Assembly: GCA_964016885.1 (NCBI GenBank) | Contig: OZ024758.1 | Location: forward strand, 5,952,001 to 6,016,000 | Reading direction: 5' to 3' | Length of the DNA: 64,000 nt | DNA from: Eledone cirrhosa | Taxonomy: Eukaryota | In this document: positions 29,501 through 41,225 of the stretch, piece by piece | Numbering within the stretch: position 1 is the first letter of the stretch | Layout: every line of letters starts with the position of its first letter | Notes under the pieces: generated by a model | What the model saw: the letters and a program-made list of their open reading frames with translations, nothing else | Told to the model about the DNA's origin: nothing | The model's database searches: none | Made by a program: the position numbers and the translations under genes

Positions 29501-32500
29501 CAAAATAGTATGGTGACCACCACAAATGATCATCATCATCACTGTTTAATGGTTATTTTCCCATGCTAGCATGGGTTAGACAAGTTGTCCTGTTGTGAAA
29601 TAGGCCCGGTCAAGAGACCATGTCTTGCTCATACAGAACTGATTCCGGCTTGGTTTCTACAGCTGGATGCTCTTCCTAATGCCTAAATCAGGGGTCGGCA
29701 ATTTCTTTGCCTCCACGGGCCGGATTGAGTATTAATGACGGATAGCGGGCCGGACGAAGGCCATAAAAGAATAATTATGGAAAATTACACAAGCTAAAAT
29801 TTAATCACGAGCGTTAACTATACTTAAAAATAATTTGTATTAACCACAGATGAATGTAGTCATGAAAAAACATAATTTATTCAATTTATTCAATCATTGG
29901 AATCATTTGTTTAAAAAATCTTAAAAATACATAACACAATTTTTAATTGTGTTTTTGTTGTCAAAGTGTTCACATCCGGTGGTTGACATTGAGTGAATCA
30001 GATTTGTGGAAGAATGTAACAGCAGACTTTTTATTCTATTCAAAAGTCTCATCTCTCATATTACAACAAATTTAAATTCTAAATAAACAACTCATAGGGC
30101 ATCAGTTATCGTGGGCCGGATCTGGCGTAAATTCTAAATTCATGAGGAAATAATTGAATATAAGTCAAATAAAACAATGAATATGACACTACAATGCATG
30201 TGAATAAATGAATGTATGTGCTCATACATATACAAGTTAGATAATAATCCTGGTTTAGGTCAACAACACTTGTCACGTACTGAAGAATGTTTTCCATACC
30301 ATGAGAACACATCTGTGTGGTTTGATACAATAAAAGTTTGAGAAGACAGAAAACATGAAAGATGTTTCAGTAAGCTGTGATGTAAGCAAAAGTATCTTGC
30401 TACTTGCTACACTGTCAACCAGTAAAGACTTTAACCCTTTCAAGACTATTTCTAATGAAATACACTCTATTTTAATTAATTAATGGAAAATTTTGAGGGA
30501 TTTGCTAAAATTATTAATTATTCCATTACTAAGATAGTAACTTAATGTAAGGTTCTTATATAAACTTATGTTGGAAGATTTTAATTTAAATTAGAACCCT
30601 TAGTAGCTAAACCTGGGTATAAGAGGGATTGGTAGAGTGCAATAGAGCAGGTAGCCTTAGTATGGAGATGTGATGTGCATGTATGATGATCACTGTGTGA
30701 AGAAGTGCCAGGTAATCCAGTGGAAGGAAGCCACAGTAGAGGAAAACCAAAGAAGACATGAGAGGGGGTGGTGAGAGATGACCTCAAATTGCTGAAACTC
30801 ACAGAGATGGCAAAAGAACGTGATGAGCGGAGAGATGCTGTGCTGAAAAGGACCAGTCCAACCCATGCAAGCATGGAAAAGTTGACGTATGAGAATGATG
30901 AAAGTATATTCTCTACAAAATGGAGACATCTATGTAATTAAGCAACGATGAGATAAGAAAAGTTCCCTAAGTGACACCAGATATGATAAGGATTCTTCTT
31001 CTTCTAATCCTGTAACTCCCAAGGGAGTCACACGGGGCACCATTTTGAGATATGGTATTTCTTGAGGCATTTTTAAGCCTGGCAGAGCCCATCTCCTCTC
31101 CAGGTCTGAATACAGCAGATATCTTCCAGAGAAGGATAGAGAGAGTGAGAAAGAAGTGAAAAAGAGATACATAGGAAGAATCAACCCCCAGTACTAGACT
31201 GGTACTTTTTTTTTTTATCGATCTTCAATGGATGAAAGGCAAAATTACCTCGGTTGGATTTAAACTGAGAGAGTAGAGCTGAAATGAATTATTACAGAGC
31301 CTTCTCTCCAGCATTCTAACAACTCTGCCAATTTACCACCAATGATAAGGATGGACATGACTGAAACAATGAAGCATACCGTTTCTGATGAGATTCAAAC
31401 TATCCATTTTTCCACGCTAGCATGGGTTAGATGAGGTGTCCTATTGTGAGACAAGTCGGATCAGATGACCGTTTCTTGCTCACACAGAACTGTTTCTCAC
31501 TTGGTTTCTACGACTGGATGCCCTTCCAAATGCAAAACTACATTCACAGCATAGAATGGGTGCTTTTTATGATGGCACCAAAATGACCTACTGACAGGTT
31601 GGCCTGGGTGCTTTTTGTCATATCACTAACAAAACCTCATTACAGGATAGGCTGGGTGATTTTTGTTGTGTCACCAGGACAACCACTTTACAGGGTTGAC
31701 TGTGTGCTTTTCATGGTGTCACCAACATGACCACCTCACAGGGTGGGCTGGATGCCCTTCCTAATGCCAACCACTTTACAGTGTGTGCGCTGGGTGCTTT
31801 TTGTTGTGACTCCTACACAACCACTTTACAGTATGTGCTGGGTGCTTTTTGTTGTGACACATGACCACTTTACAGGTTGGACTGGACACCCCTTCCTAAC
31901 CCTAACTACCTAACAAGGTTGCTTTTGGCATAGTGCGAGAGGGGGAGGTGGGCTTCCCTCTTACCATGCTGCTATAGTTGTCCAATATATATATATATAT
32001 ATAGTGTGGACTGGGCACTTTTTGTCATGACACCTACATAACCACTTTACAGTGTGGATTAGTTGCTTGTGACACCTACACAACCACTTTACAGTGTGGA
32101 TTAGTTGCTTGTGACACCTACATAACCACTTTACAGTGTGGATTAGTTGCTTGTGACACCTACATAACCACTTTACAGTGTGGATTAGTTGCTTGTGACA
32201 CCTACATAACCACTTTACAGTGTGGACTAGTTGCTTGTGACACCTACATAACCACTTTACAGTGTGGACTAGTTGCTTGTGACACCTACATAACCACTTT
32301 ACAGTGTGGATTAGTTGCTTGTGACACCTACATAACCACTTTACAGTGTGGACTAGTTGCTTGTGACACCTACATAACCACTTTACAGTGTGGATTAGTT
32401 GCTTGTGACACCTACATAACCACTTTACAGTGTGGATTAGTTGCTTGTGACACCTACATAACCACTTTACAGTGTGGACTAGTTGCTTGTGACACCTACA

Positions 32501-34133
32501 TAACCACTTTACAGTGTGGATTAGTTGCTTGTGACACCTACATAACCACTTTACAGTGTGGACTAGTTGCTTGTGACACCTACACAACCACTTTACAGTG
32601 TGGATTAGTTGCTTGTGACACCTACATAACCACTTTACAGTGTGGACTAGTTGCTTGTGACACCTACATAACCACTTTACAGTGTGGATTAGTTGCTTGT
32701 GACACCTACACAACCACTTTACAGTGTGGACTAGTTGCTTGTGACACCTACATAACCACTTTACAGTGTGGATTAGTTGCTTGTGACACCTACATAACCA
32801 CTTTACAGTGTGGATTAGTTGCTTGTGACACCTACACAACCACTTTACAGTGTGGACTAGTTGCTTGTGACACCTACATAACCACTTTACAGTGTGGACT
32901 AGTTGCTTGTGACACCTACATAACCACTTTACAGTGTGGACTAGTTGCTTGTGACACCTACACAACCACTTTACAGTGTGGACTAGTTGCTTGTGACACC
33001 TACACAACCACTTTACAGTGTGGATTAGTTGCTTGTGACACCTACACAACCACTTTACAGTGTGGACTAGTTGCTTGTGACACCTACACAACCACTTTAC
33101 AGTGTGGACTAGTTGCTTGTGACACCTACACAACCACTTTACAGTGTGGACTAGTTGCTTGTGACACCTACACAACCACTTTACAGTGTGGACTAGTTGC
33201 TTGTGACACCTACATAACCACTTTACAGTGTGGACTAGTTGCTTGTGACACCTACACAACCACTTTACAGTGTGGACTAGTTGCTTGTGACACCTACACA
33301 ACCACTTTACAGTGTGGACTAGTTGCTTGTGACACCTACACAACCACTTTACAGTAAGAACTGGGCACTAAATGAATTGAATTCATCAATCTCCACAACT
33401 ACTGCAATTCCACAAATCTGCAATAAGATTGTTTTGTTGATCTACTATATATATTTCTGAAATAGTTATATATCACTATCCTGCTCTATGACAACAGTGT
33501 TTGCTGCCCACCAAAGGTTTCAGGATCCTAGACGGAATATTTACATACGTCTAGTTCGCTCATGAGAAAGATGGGGGACATATATTAATATTGTCTAGGG
33601 TTCTGAAACCTTCGGTAATGGAGTAGTTATATATTGTGTTGTTCCCTTTCTAATTAAATAGCTCTGTTTTATACATAGAACACTCTTTTTTCCTTTGCTT
33701 TTCGGAAATCCTTAACATATCATCATCATCGTCATCAATTTACGCCCGCTTTTCCCTGCTTGCAAGGGTGGGACAGGAACTGATTCTGGCTTGATTTCTA
33801 CAACTGGATGCCCTTCCTAACACCAACCTCATTTACAGTGTGGTGAGCTGGGTGCTTTTTTGCCGTGGCACCTCCACGACCACTTTACAGTGGAATGATA
33901 GGGACTGGAGTTTACAGCTGAGTAAACTGGAGCAATGTGAAATAAAGTGTCTTGCTCAAGGAAACAACACATCTCCCGGTCCGAGGATTGAACTCACAAC
34001 CTTTCGATTGCAAGCCCAATGCTCTAACCACTAAGCCATGTGCCTATATATATAGTCATGTGTCTATATATATATCATCATCATCATTTTACGTCCGCTT
34101 TTCCCTGCTTGCAAGGGTGGGACGGGTCTTATT

Positions 34134-34171
<38 letters not shown>

Positions 34172-34478
34172 GTCTGTCTGTGTGTTTCATTTTACAGCCG
34201 AGATTTAATCAACACACCTGGTTATTACCAAATCTCTTATTTCACTTTCATGTTACCCCTAAACTAAATTTTAATCTTAAGGTAAGAATCATAATGACTA
34301 TTATATCAAACTACCAACTAAGTATAGTAGAACCAACCTGCAGCCTATCTTTATATACACACACACACACTATATATATATATACACACACTATATATAT
34401 ATATATACACACATCACACACTATATATATATATATATATATACACATAACTATATATATACATATATATAGTTATTG

Positions 34479-34510
<32 letters not shown>

Positions 34511-35284
34511 AGGTTGAATTTTTTTTTTTCTTGCAGAATCATAATCTCCAATATTTAAAACACAGAAATCCTCTGAAATTAAATAATAATAATAATAATA
34601 ATAATAATTATGAAAAAAAATAAAAAATAAAAGGTACGAGGGTGGAGGAGGAGGTGTTTTTAATTTTCAAATTGAGCATTTTTTGTTTTTTTTTGTTTTT
34701 AAATATGAAATTTATTTGATAAACATTGTCCTGGACATGTTTGGGAGCCAGAAAACAGTTGAATAACATTGTTGGTGATTATAAAAGTGACTTGTACTAC
34801 ATATATATATAAATATATGTGTTCGTGTTCTGTATATATCTATAACACACTGTCTGCGTCATATTCCAAGATATACTTATGTCATCGTGTATGTCTTTAT
34901 CATAGTTATGATCATCACATTTCTAAATTTATAATTTCGGTTTATTTGTAAAAATCTAAAGATTATATATTCAATGCTGTATATATAAATATATATATAT
35001 ATATTTGTGTAATGCGACTTTGTAAAATATTTACTCCAACTTAAGTCAGATTAAAATTAATGAAATTATACTCCATTCCATACATTTTACGTTATGCTTG
35101 TAATCGAATACAATAAAACGATGAAGAAAGTTAGAGACAGTAAAGAAAATAGTTTAAAATTATAAAAAAGTTCTATTTGGATAAAATAAATACTTTTCAG
35201 TAAAACATTTGCGAAATATACCTTTAAAACTAACTAATAGCATATGAAGGTGAAACCTACTTGGAATATTCCTTGTTGCGGCAT
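11474..35284 (-). CDS. GPS1: COP9 signalosome complex subunit 1 (GPS1/CSN1), 13 coding exons traced, last exon not located
   Basis: GT-AG exons join in frame to 1344 nt/448 aa: MPQQGIFQ|[10 protein letters not shown]...|DLDSYAKQY...[54 protein letters not shown]...[20 protein letters not shown]...[16 protein letters not shown]. Recognisable as CSN1 (RPN7-like and PCI domains). Confidence 0.96.
12290..12680 (+). mobile_element. LINE 3' fragment (RTE-like)
   Basis: [23 protein letters not shown]...[21 protein letters not shown]. Confidence 0.8.
12761..12847 (-). CDS. GPS1: CSN1 exon 12 ([29 protein letters not shown])
   Basis: tttcag acceptor, GTAAGT donor, 87 nt. Confidence 0.94.
14528..14701. 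mobile_element. hAT (Charlie-like) MITE with 8-bp TSD
   Basis: TAGTGGTTCTTAACCT...AGGTTAAAAACCACTG flanked by CTCTAGTC on both sides (14520-14527, 14702-14709). Confidence 0.85.
15825..15962 (-). CDS. GPS1: CSN1 exon 11 ([10 protein letters not shown]...ARIDSHNK), PCI winged helix
   Basis: tttcag acceptor, GTATTA donor, 138 nt. Confidence 0.95.
17175..17255 (-). CDS. GPS1: CSN1 exon 10 ([27 protein letters not shown])
   Basis: tttag acceptor, GTAACT donor, 81 nt. Confidence 0.95.
18507..18612 (-). CDS. GPS1: CSN1 exon 9 ([16 protein letters not shown]...KLLDEIK)
   Basis: tgcag acceptor, GTAAGT donor, 106 nt. Confidence 0.94.
19030..19255 (+). mobile_element. tRNA-derived SINE (representative; many copies, e.g. 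1-220, 320-460, 4020-4265, 15295-15660, 16230-16400, 35420-35565, 46430-46650, 48755-48970, 49465-49690)
   Basis: A/B-box-like head (ggcagtggattggcag...gttc..attacaaatc) plus shared body tttgcctttcatccttacggggtc.ataaaataaagtaccagt. Confidence 0.8.
20051..20145 (-). CDS. GPS1: CSN1 exon 8 ([31 protein letters not shown])
   Basis: ttcaag acceptor, GTAAAT donor, 95 nt. Confidence 0.93.
21712..21843 (-). CDS. GPS1: CSN1 exon 7 ([44 protein letters not shown])
   Basis: tttcag acceptor, GTAATT donor, 132 nt; not in ORF track, translated by hand. Confidence 0.93.
23293..23370 (-). CDS. GPS1: CSN1 exon 6 ([26 protein letters not shown])
   Basis: cag acceptor, GTAAAG donor, 78 nt. Confidence 0.94.
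23490..23860 (+). mobile_element. LINE 3' fragment (RTE-like)
   Basis: [20 protein letters not shown]...GWKR...[14 protein letters not shown]. Confidence 0.8.
24205..24340 (-). CDS. GPS1: CSN1 exon 5 ([14 protein letters not shown]...MCLNVIK)
   Basis: tttag acceptor, GTACTT donor, 136 nt. Confidence 0.95.
25876..26025 (-). CDS. GPS1: CSN1 exon 4 (PSTLPDAV...[21 protein letters not shown])
   Basis: tttcag acceptor, GTAAGG donor, 150 nt, phase 2-2. Confidence 0.94.
27002..27177 (-). CDS. GPS1: CSN1 exon 3 (DLDSYAKQY...IHRRLQD)
   Basis: cag acceptor, GTGAGT donor, 176 nt, ends phase 2. Confidence 0.93.
27252..28082. repeat. Minisatellite, 23-bp unit, about 36 copies, in CSN1 intron 2
   Basis: (tttgagtggccggttacagccag)n abutting the right end of the TTAA MITE. 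Confidence 0.97.
28167..28259 (-). CDS. GPS1: CSN1 exon 2 ([31 protein letters not shown])
   Basis: tttcag acceptor, GTAATA donor, 93 nt, EPMQVD motif. Confidence 0.93.
28300..28633. repeat. (GAT/GGT)n compound trinucleotide microsatellite
   Basis: Mixed gat/ggt/gct triplets just upstream of the CSN1 exon 2 acceptor. Confidence 0.97.
29688..30125. mobile_element. hAT-like non-autonomous element fragment
   Basis: CAGGGGTCGGCAA terminus and subterminal gggccgga motifs. Confidence 0.55.
32000..33355. repeat. Minisatellite, 42-bp unit, about 32 copies, in CSN1 intron 1
   Basis: (ttacagtgtgga[t/c]tagttgcttgtgacacctaca[t/c]aaccact)n; the unit resembles the adjacent SINE internal subrepeats. Confidence 0.97.
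35261..35284 (-). CDS. GPS1: CSN1 exon 1 (MPQQGIFQ)
   Basis: ATG at 35284, 24 nt, donor GTAGGT; resembles the short first coding exon of GPS1 and is phase 0 to exon 2. Confidence 0.8.
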
Positions 35285-35320
35285 TTTGTTGAGCGGAATG
35301 GCAGCAGATAATGGAAGGGA

Positions 35321-35371
35321 GTGCGCATGCTTACAGTCTTGTTTATTTTCCTCTTTATTTACACCGGAAGT
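35321..35371. promoter_or_regulatory. CSN1 proximal promoter with NRF1-like and ETS motifs
   Basis: TGCGCATGC at 35322-35330 and CCGGAAGT at 35364-35371, 40-90 nt upstream of the CSN1 ATG; such motifs are typical of housekeeping and bidirectional promoters. Confidence 0.5.
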
Positions 35372-35777
35372 AATTGTGTTATTGTCGTTGATAACACACA
35401 CTTTATTATTATCATTGAAGCATAGAGTTACCTCCCTTTATGATCTGAGTTCAAATCACGCCGAGGTTAACTTTGCCTTTTATTCTTACGGGGTCGATAA
35501 AATAAAGTACCAGTAATGCACTGGAATAATTGCTGGCCTTGTGCCAAAAGTAGAAACAATTATTATCAAAGGCGCTTCAACCGTAACCATCTCTTGTTAT
35601 CAGCCATAATATATCTACGACTACGTTAACATATATAGCTTTCTTCACCACTACCGCTACTAAGACGGTAGTGTTTAATTTCAGTGATATATATGGCTGC
35701 TTCTTCTAGCGGGTTTAATAACCATATAAGATGCATCCCTCTTTGTCTCGAGAGGTTATTGCGTTGCTTATAATTGC

Positions 35778-35957
35778 CAGACCTGTCAACATCTAAAATC
35801 TCATAAGGGGAGTACCATGAAAGTGCGAGAAATGGGTCAAAATGGGGAGATTTTACAGAATGAAAGCTATACCCATTTTCACAAGAGAAGACATCTCTCA
35901 CCCACCCGAAAGTGGGTGGGAGATCTCCCCGTCGGTCGGGGAGAGTTGACAGGTCTG
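35778..35957. mobile_element. MITE with 13-bp TIR and internal GC-rich hairpins
   Basis: CAGACCTGTCAAC...GTTGACAGGTCTG; flanks aattgc/gattgc; internal cccacccgaaagtgggtggg and ctccccg...cggggag hairpins. Confidence 0.7.
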
Positions 35958-36849
35958 GATTGCTATTGTTAATCATTTGTTTTATCAGAACTGACAACGC
36001 CTGGTTATATTACCACGTATTTAAAATTAAAACCAAAATTACATAAATTTTAGCTAGATCATGTTTAACATCGGCGGCCTGTCTGAGGAAGGAGCTCCGC
36101 GAGGTGGTATGGCTGTTACAGCGGGTGTCGCTGGCCATTGTCCACGGAAATGTTTTTGCGGTCTTGTCCGCGAGGCACAGCCCATCCACCGCCATGACCT
36201 AGGCTCCGGGACCAATCATCCACCCCCTTCCTACACCCCCATTCTTCTGTGACACTAGAGTTCTTGCCATTTCCTCCCCACCACCACCACCATCTACGAC
36301 CAGAGCCCAATCCTCCTCCCCCCCTATTCTTCTATGACACTAGAGTCCTTGCCACCCCCACCGCCGCCACCTAGACCCAGGGCATAATCATCCTCCCCCT
36401 TCTCCCTCCCTATTCTTCTATGACACTAGAGTCCTTGCCATTCCTCCCCTTCCCGTTTCTTCTTTCTTATTCTCTTTTTTCTCTATATTCTCCTATTTTA
36501 CATTCCATTCCTCTCGATCTAATTTTCTTTTCCTATTAAACTGTATTTACAAGATATATACCATAAATATAATTTCACTCCATTGTTGTACTGGAGCCCA
36601 CAGTATAGCTGATGTTTCCTAAATGTAATTGAATTTCCGATTGTAAAAGCATTGCCATCAATTTTTTAAAATGTCTAATAACAACCAAGAAGTGTGGAAT
36701 TGGTTATCGTTTTCTCTCTATTTATTTATTTCTATAATATTTGGTTTCTATCATTTTTTTCCCTTGCAATATTTTCAGGTTATCTTGCAAGAATCTGAAA
36801 ATGATGTCTAGAAACACATTTCTGCACCGGGATGGACAATTAATATGAT

Positions 36850-37830
36850 ATAAACCCTTATTGATGTGGTATGGAATGGTATAGTCCTGTATCTCCTGTT
36901 TATGATAGTTCTCCAGGCCATAATGGGGAGTTTAAGACTGGTTGTCCATCAGAATGTCTATATGCTGATAACTTGGTTCTTATAGTTGAATTGGTGGAAG
37001 AAAGAAAACTCCAGCTTTGAAAACAGAAATTAGAATCAGAGGGGCTTAGAGTAAACTTGGGAAAAACTAAAAGAGGAAAGGAGACTGGACTTTGATCTCT
37101 TCGGGGAAGTGGCATTGCTCAAAATGTAGGAAAGAGTAGGTAGAAATTCTATAAGATGTAGACAATGTAAATCTTGGGTACATAAAAGGTGTAGTGGGAT
37201 ATCAGACAGACTAACAGAAAAGATAGACTTTGTGTGTAGCAGATGTACAGGGATAATTGGTAGTAAGGGCATCAGTGAAATGACCTTTTTCCAATCTCAA
37301 GAAGGAACCATAGAAGTAGTTGATAGCTTCTGGTATAATTATCAGTGGAGGAGTTTTCTCTGAGTACATAGTAACTAGAATAAGAACAAGATGAAAAAAG
37401 TTCAGGGAGCTACAACCTCAGTTGACAGCAAAAGGTTTCTTTCTATGAAGGAAAAGCTGGCTGTATGATGCTTGTATGTGATGTGTGATGTTGCATGGTT
37501 ATAAAACATGGACAGTAAATACAGAGGATATGTGAAGGTTGAAGAGAAATAAAGTGAGCATGCTTTGATGGATGTACAACGTTAATATGCATTAATGACA
37601 AAGCATGAATGATTTAGAAAAAAGCTGATTTAGGCATCAGATTTAGTGTACAGGAGAGAAGACTGTGCTGGTATAGACATGTGATGCGTATGGATGAAGT
37701 TCCAAGAAATCCCTGTGAAAGGAAGCCACAATAGGGGAAGACCTAGTCGGAAGCTATAAGAGGACCATGATGAGAGGAAGGATGCCATGCTAGAAAAGAA
37801 TCGTTCAACCCATGCAAGCATGGAAAGGTC
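36850..37830 (+). mobile_element. Decayed RTE-like LINE reverse transcriptase fragment
   Basis: EFKTGCPSECLYADNLVL (YADD-like), a Cys-rich C..C..WVHKRCSGI segment, many stops; ends in the shared aacccatgcaagcatggaaa tail. Confidence 0.8.
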
Positions 37831-38406
37831 AACGTAAAATGATGATAATTCTTCAGAATTTGTAAAATCTCAAAGAAAATACAAAATTCTTGTCTTGTCT
37901 TTACATCTAGGATCCATTATACTTATAATTGGTATTATATTTTATCGATCCATGAAAAATGGAAAGCAATGATGTCTGCGGTAGGATTTGAACTCAGAAC
38001 GTAAAGGGCTATTGCATTTTGTCCGACGCTCAAGCGATTCCACCAATTCACAATTTTATTTATTTTCAAAGCATTAACATTAATTAAATAATCAATATAA
38101 GATTGTTAAAATAACAGATAAATAGGAAATAAGGCATTTCATTAATGGTAATAATTTATTAAAATATCGATGAGGTAAATTATTGAAATACAAACCGGAT
38201 CTATTTAGACAGGAAATTTGCAATGATTATCTCCCTTGAATACATTGAGTCTGAACATTTTTTTGCTATTTCGAATTTGTCATTTTCCACTTTTAACTCA
38301 CGGTTATACCAATAATATCTACAACAGAGAAATATATATATATATACATATAAAATATATATTACATCAACAGATAAATAAACGAAGTTTATTATTTGTT
38401 AGAAAG

Positions 38407-38817
38407 ATGGATAACATAGGAGAAGCGGAACAATTGGATATCACCCGATATGTCCCAGAGCACCAGTGGGTGAAAGATGTTTTCCAAGACGTAATTGGAA
38501 ATTCTGCCACAAAACAAAGCCTCGTCGGAGGTGTTACGGGCTGGTGTACAGGGATACTGATTTCAAAAGCTGGCAAAATAGCCGCAGCTACAATGGGAAC
38601 TACCATCTTACTATTACAAGTGGCCCACCATCAGGATTATGTGAAATTCAACTGGAATAAAATTGAAGACAGCTTTCAAAAGGCTGGTAAGTCTATTATG
38701 AAAGAAACCAAGAAAAATTGTCCCGGTTTTGTATCGAGCACTGAAGCACTTTTCAAAAATAATATTGTATTTGCATCGATGTTTGCTGGTGGTTTTCTAA
38801 TGGGCTTTTCGTTTTGA
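38407..38817 (+). CDS. FUNDC1: FUN14 domain-containing protein (FUNDC1/2-like), intronless, 136 aa
   Basis: MDNIGEAEQLDITRYVPEHQW...QSLVGGVTGWCTGILISKAGKIAA...LLLQVAHHQDYVKFNWNKIE...NNIVFASMFAGGFLMGFSF matches the FUN14 pattern (GGVTGWC.G, LLLQ.A.H..Y....W, F.GGFL.G). Likely true start is Met58 of the track ORF. FUNDC1 versus FUNDC2 orthology is not resolvable here. Confidence 0.9.
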   Translation: MDNIGEAEQLDITRYVPEHQWVKDVFQDVIGNSATKQSLVGGVTGWCTGILISKAGKIAAATMGTTILLLQVAHHQDYVKFNWNKIEDSFQKAGKSIMKETKKNCPGFVSSTEALFKNNIVFASMFAGGFLMGFSF

Positions 38818-41126
38818 TTTGAACTAATGACTTCTTCGTGTTTGTGATGTCCTTTGCGTAATCTACAAACATCCATTTTCTTTTTATGATACATACATAA
38901 TATATATATATATATATATACATACATAATATATATATACATACATACGTAATATATATATATATATATACATAATATATATATATAATATATAGAGAGA
39001 GAGATACATGTCATAAGTACATTGAATGAGCACAACACTATGCGTCAATTCTATTTATTGAACTTTAAATTGATAATTAGAAGTTATGTAAAATGTTTTG
39101 AATGTATTCATTATCATACAGATTTTAATATGTATGTTGTAATTGTATATAAACTGTGATTGTAAACGACCATATATCTTCATCTCTAAAGATCAGAAAT
39201 CGTAGTTCACGGTGCTTTTGAATGAAATCAGTTTTGATTTAAATATTTTTCGGCAAAGTCGCCTAATTTTTTTTCTTCTCTTTTTGTATTAAAAACAATT
39301 GAAACTGAAAATGTAATAGAACTTTTCATTGGAATTACCATTTCTAGACTTACTTTTATTTTCTCTTGAAACTTTGCCTAATCGTTTTATGAGTCAAACG
39401 ATTTAGTCATTTAAAACATTGAAAGTTTTTCTTATGCGTCTGTACATTATAAATATTGCCTTCTACTGTTTCATAAAGTGTAATCTAGAGTAGTTTTTAT
39501 TTATTTATTAATGTACTTTATTATATATATATATATATAAATTATATTTTTAATGAATAAATATAATTCCAATTGTTTAGAGTAATAAATAGCTGACCAT
39601 ATTTAAATAAACAACCAAAAGTTGAAACTTGATCAAAAGTATTTTATTTTGACGAGGAATAAAATGGGCCGAAACATGCAAGTGTTTCTATGTTTATATA
39701 GCCATCAGAACATTTCGTTTTTTAGATTAACTACTGCAAAGTTTGACAAATTATGGAAAGAAAACGAACAAGTTGAGAATCGGGCAACATTTTTTTTACC
39801 CCAACTTTAGTGTATGCAGCGTTTATATCTTGAAGCAGTGTTTTTTTTTCATAACTGATGGTATATATTTAAGAAACCCTGCATGGATTATAAAGAAATC
39901 ATATATAAGATCTAAGAGAGAAATATTTAATTATATGTAAATGTTACTTTGACTAAAAAGTATTCTCATGTAATATATCGAAACCCAAGGGCCTTCTCAC
40001 TCCCGTTTCCTATCTCTGGCCATATTGTGCCATGTGCGGCCCAGGTATCGGGTCAGGTCACTAAATACACAGTTCTAATTCGTGCACTATCAAGCTTTCA
40101 CACGAGGTGAAATCTTGTTTCGTGTCGATCAAAAAAAAATAATTTGCCTCTCCCTATTTACCTCTTGGTAAACTCAAGTATTCTTTATGCTTCATGTATT
40201 CTTAATTCCGTGAATTTTAGCTATTCACGACATTCGTGTTGTAAAGCAACAACCTTGTATTGCTTTCTTTTTATGTAAGATAACTATTAAAAAAAACCAC
40301 TTGCTTTAATTTTATGTGAATGTTAAAGAAAAACAAATGCACGAAGGAAGACAACTCTTCATTGTTATTTAACTATATTTTCGAGACTGTTAAACAACTT
40401 TACCACAAATGTTTTATAGTAGATTTACTTTGTGCCGAGAAGAAACTTCTTTTTATCACCAACAGATGTAACATTTCTCAGAACCTATTCCACCTATTTC
40501 ACTGTAGCTGCTATGATAACTACAAACACCTCCATTAATAATTATGTCTAATAAAAAAAGGGACTTTGTTGATGGTGTCAGTTACTAAAAACAGTAATGA
40601 TCAGCAAACATCCGTTTAAGTCGTGCCAGCATATTAAAACAGAAGTGTTGGTGACAAGAAGAGCGACAGCTGACTGGAGTGAAGAAAATAATCGGTACCA
40701 TCAAGAAAGGCAAACAGATGGACTAGCTACGTCTTTTGTCAGACAATAGGTGAATTATTAAAGTGACAAGAGTGGTCACCAAGGCAGTGGAGAAGAACTA
40801 GAGGATGGCACGACAATCTGACCCAGTACTTCGGCTCCACATGGCTCAATATGATCCAAAGATAGGAAGCAGTGGGATTTCTCCAGCTGGAGTGAGAATT
40901 GCATGTATTTTGATTTAGTATGTGTGTGAGGTGACTTATAATTACTCAGATTGATGGCAATAAACGACTTTTTCTTTGCAAGTGGGTTTTGTGTTTTTTT
41001 TTTATTGTATAGAAAAGTATATGTTCACCGCCTGCAGAATGATGGAGAATAAGCGATTTCTGCCGATGCAAGCAGAGAAAAAGTAGATCTGTTCATTTTG
41101 CCATCTCTTGGTGTGTATGGTGTATA

Positions 41127-41225
41127 CAGGGTGTCTCGAAAAATGTATACACAGTTTGATTACCTCTACAGGCAATATTTATTAGAATGTTGTTGAAGTG
41201 TGTATACATTTTTTGGGACACCCTG
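41127..41225. mobile_element. Tc1/mariner-type MITE
   Basis: TA-CAGGGTGTCTCGAAAAATGTATACAC ... GTGTATACATTTTTTGGGACACCCTG. Confidence 0.8.

Noticed and set aside
31961-33343. 460-aa Cys/His-rich ORF
   Set aside because: Translation of a 42-bp SINE-derived tandem repeat in a CSN1 intron; no ATG start or unique sequence.
27252-33355. CRISPR-like appearance of the 23-bp and 42-bp arrays
   Set aside because: Head-to-tail repeats with no unique spacers, eukaryotic intron context, no cas genes.
38236-38406. N-terminal 57 aa of the track ORF as part of FUNDC
   Set aside because: TTG start, crosses a (TA)n run and shows no similarity; the ATG at 38407 fits family length.
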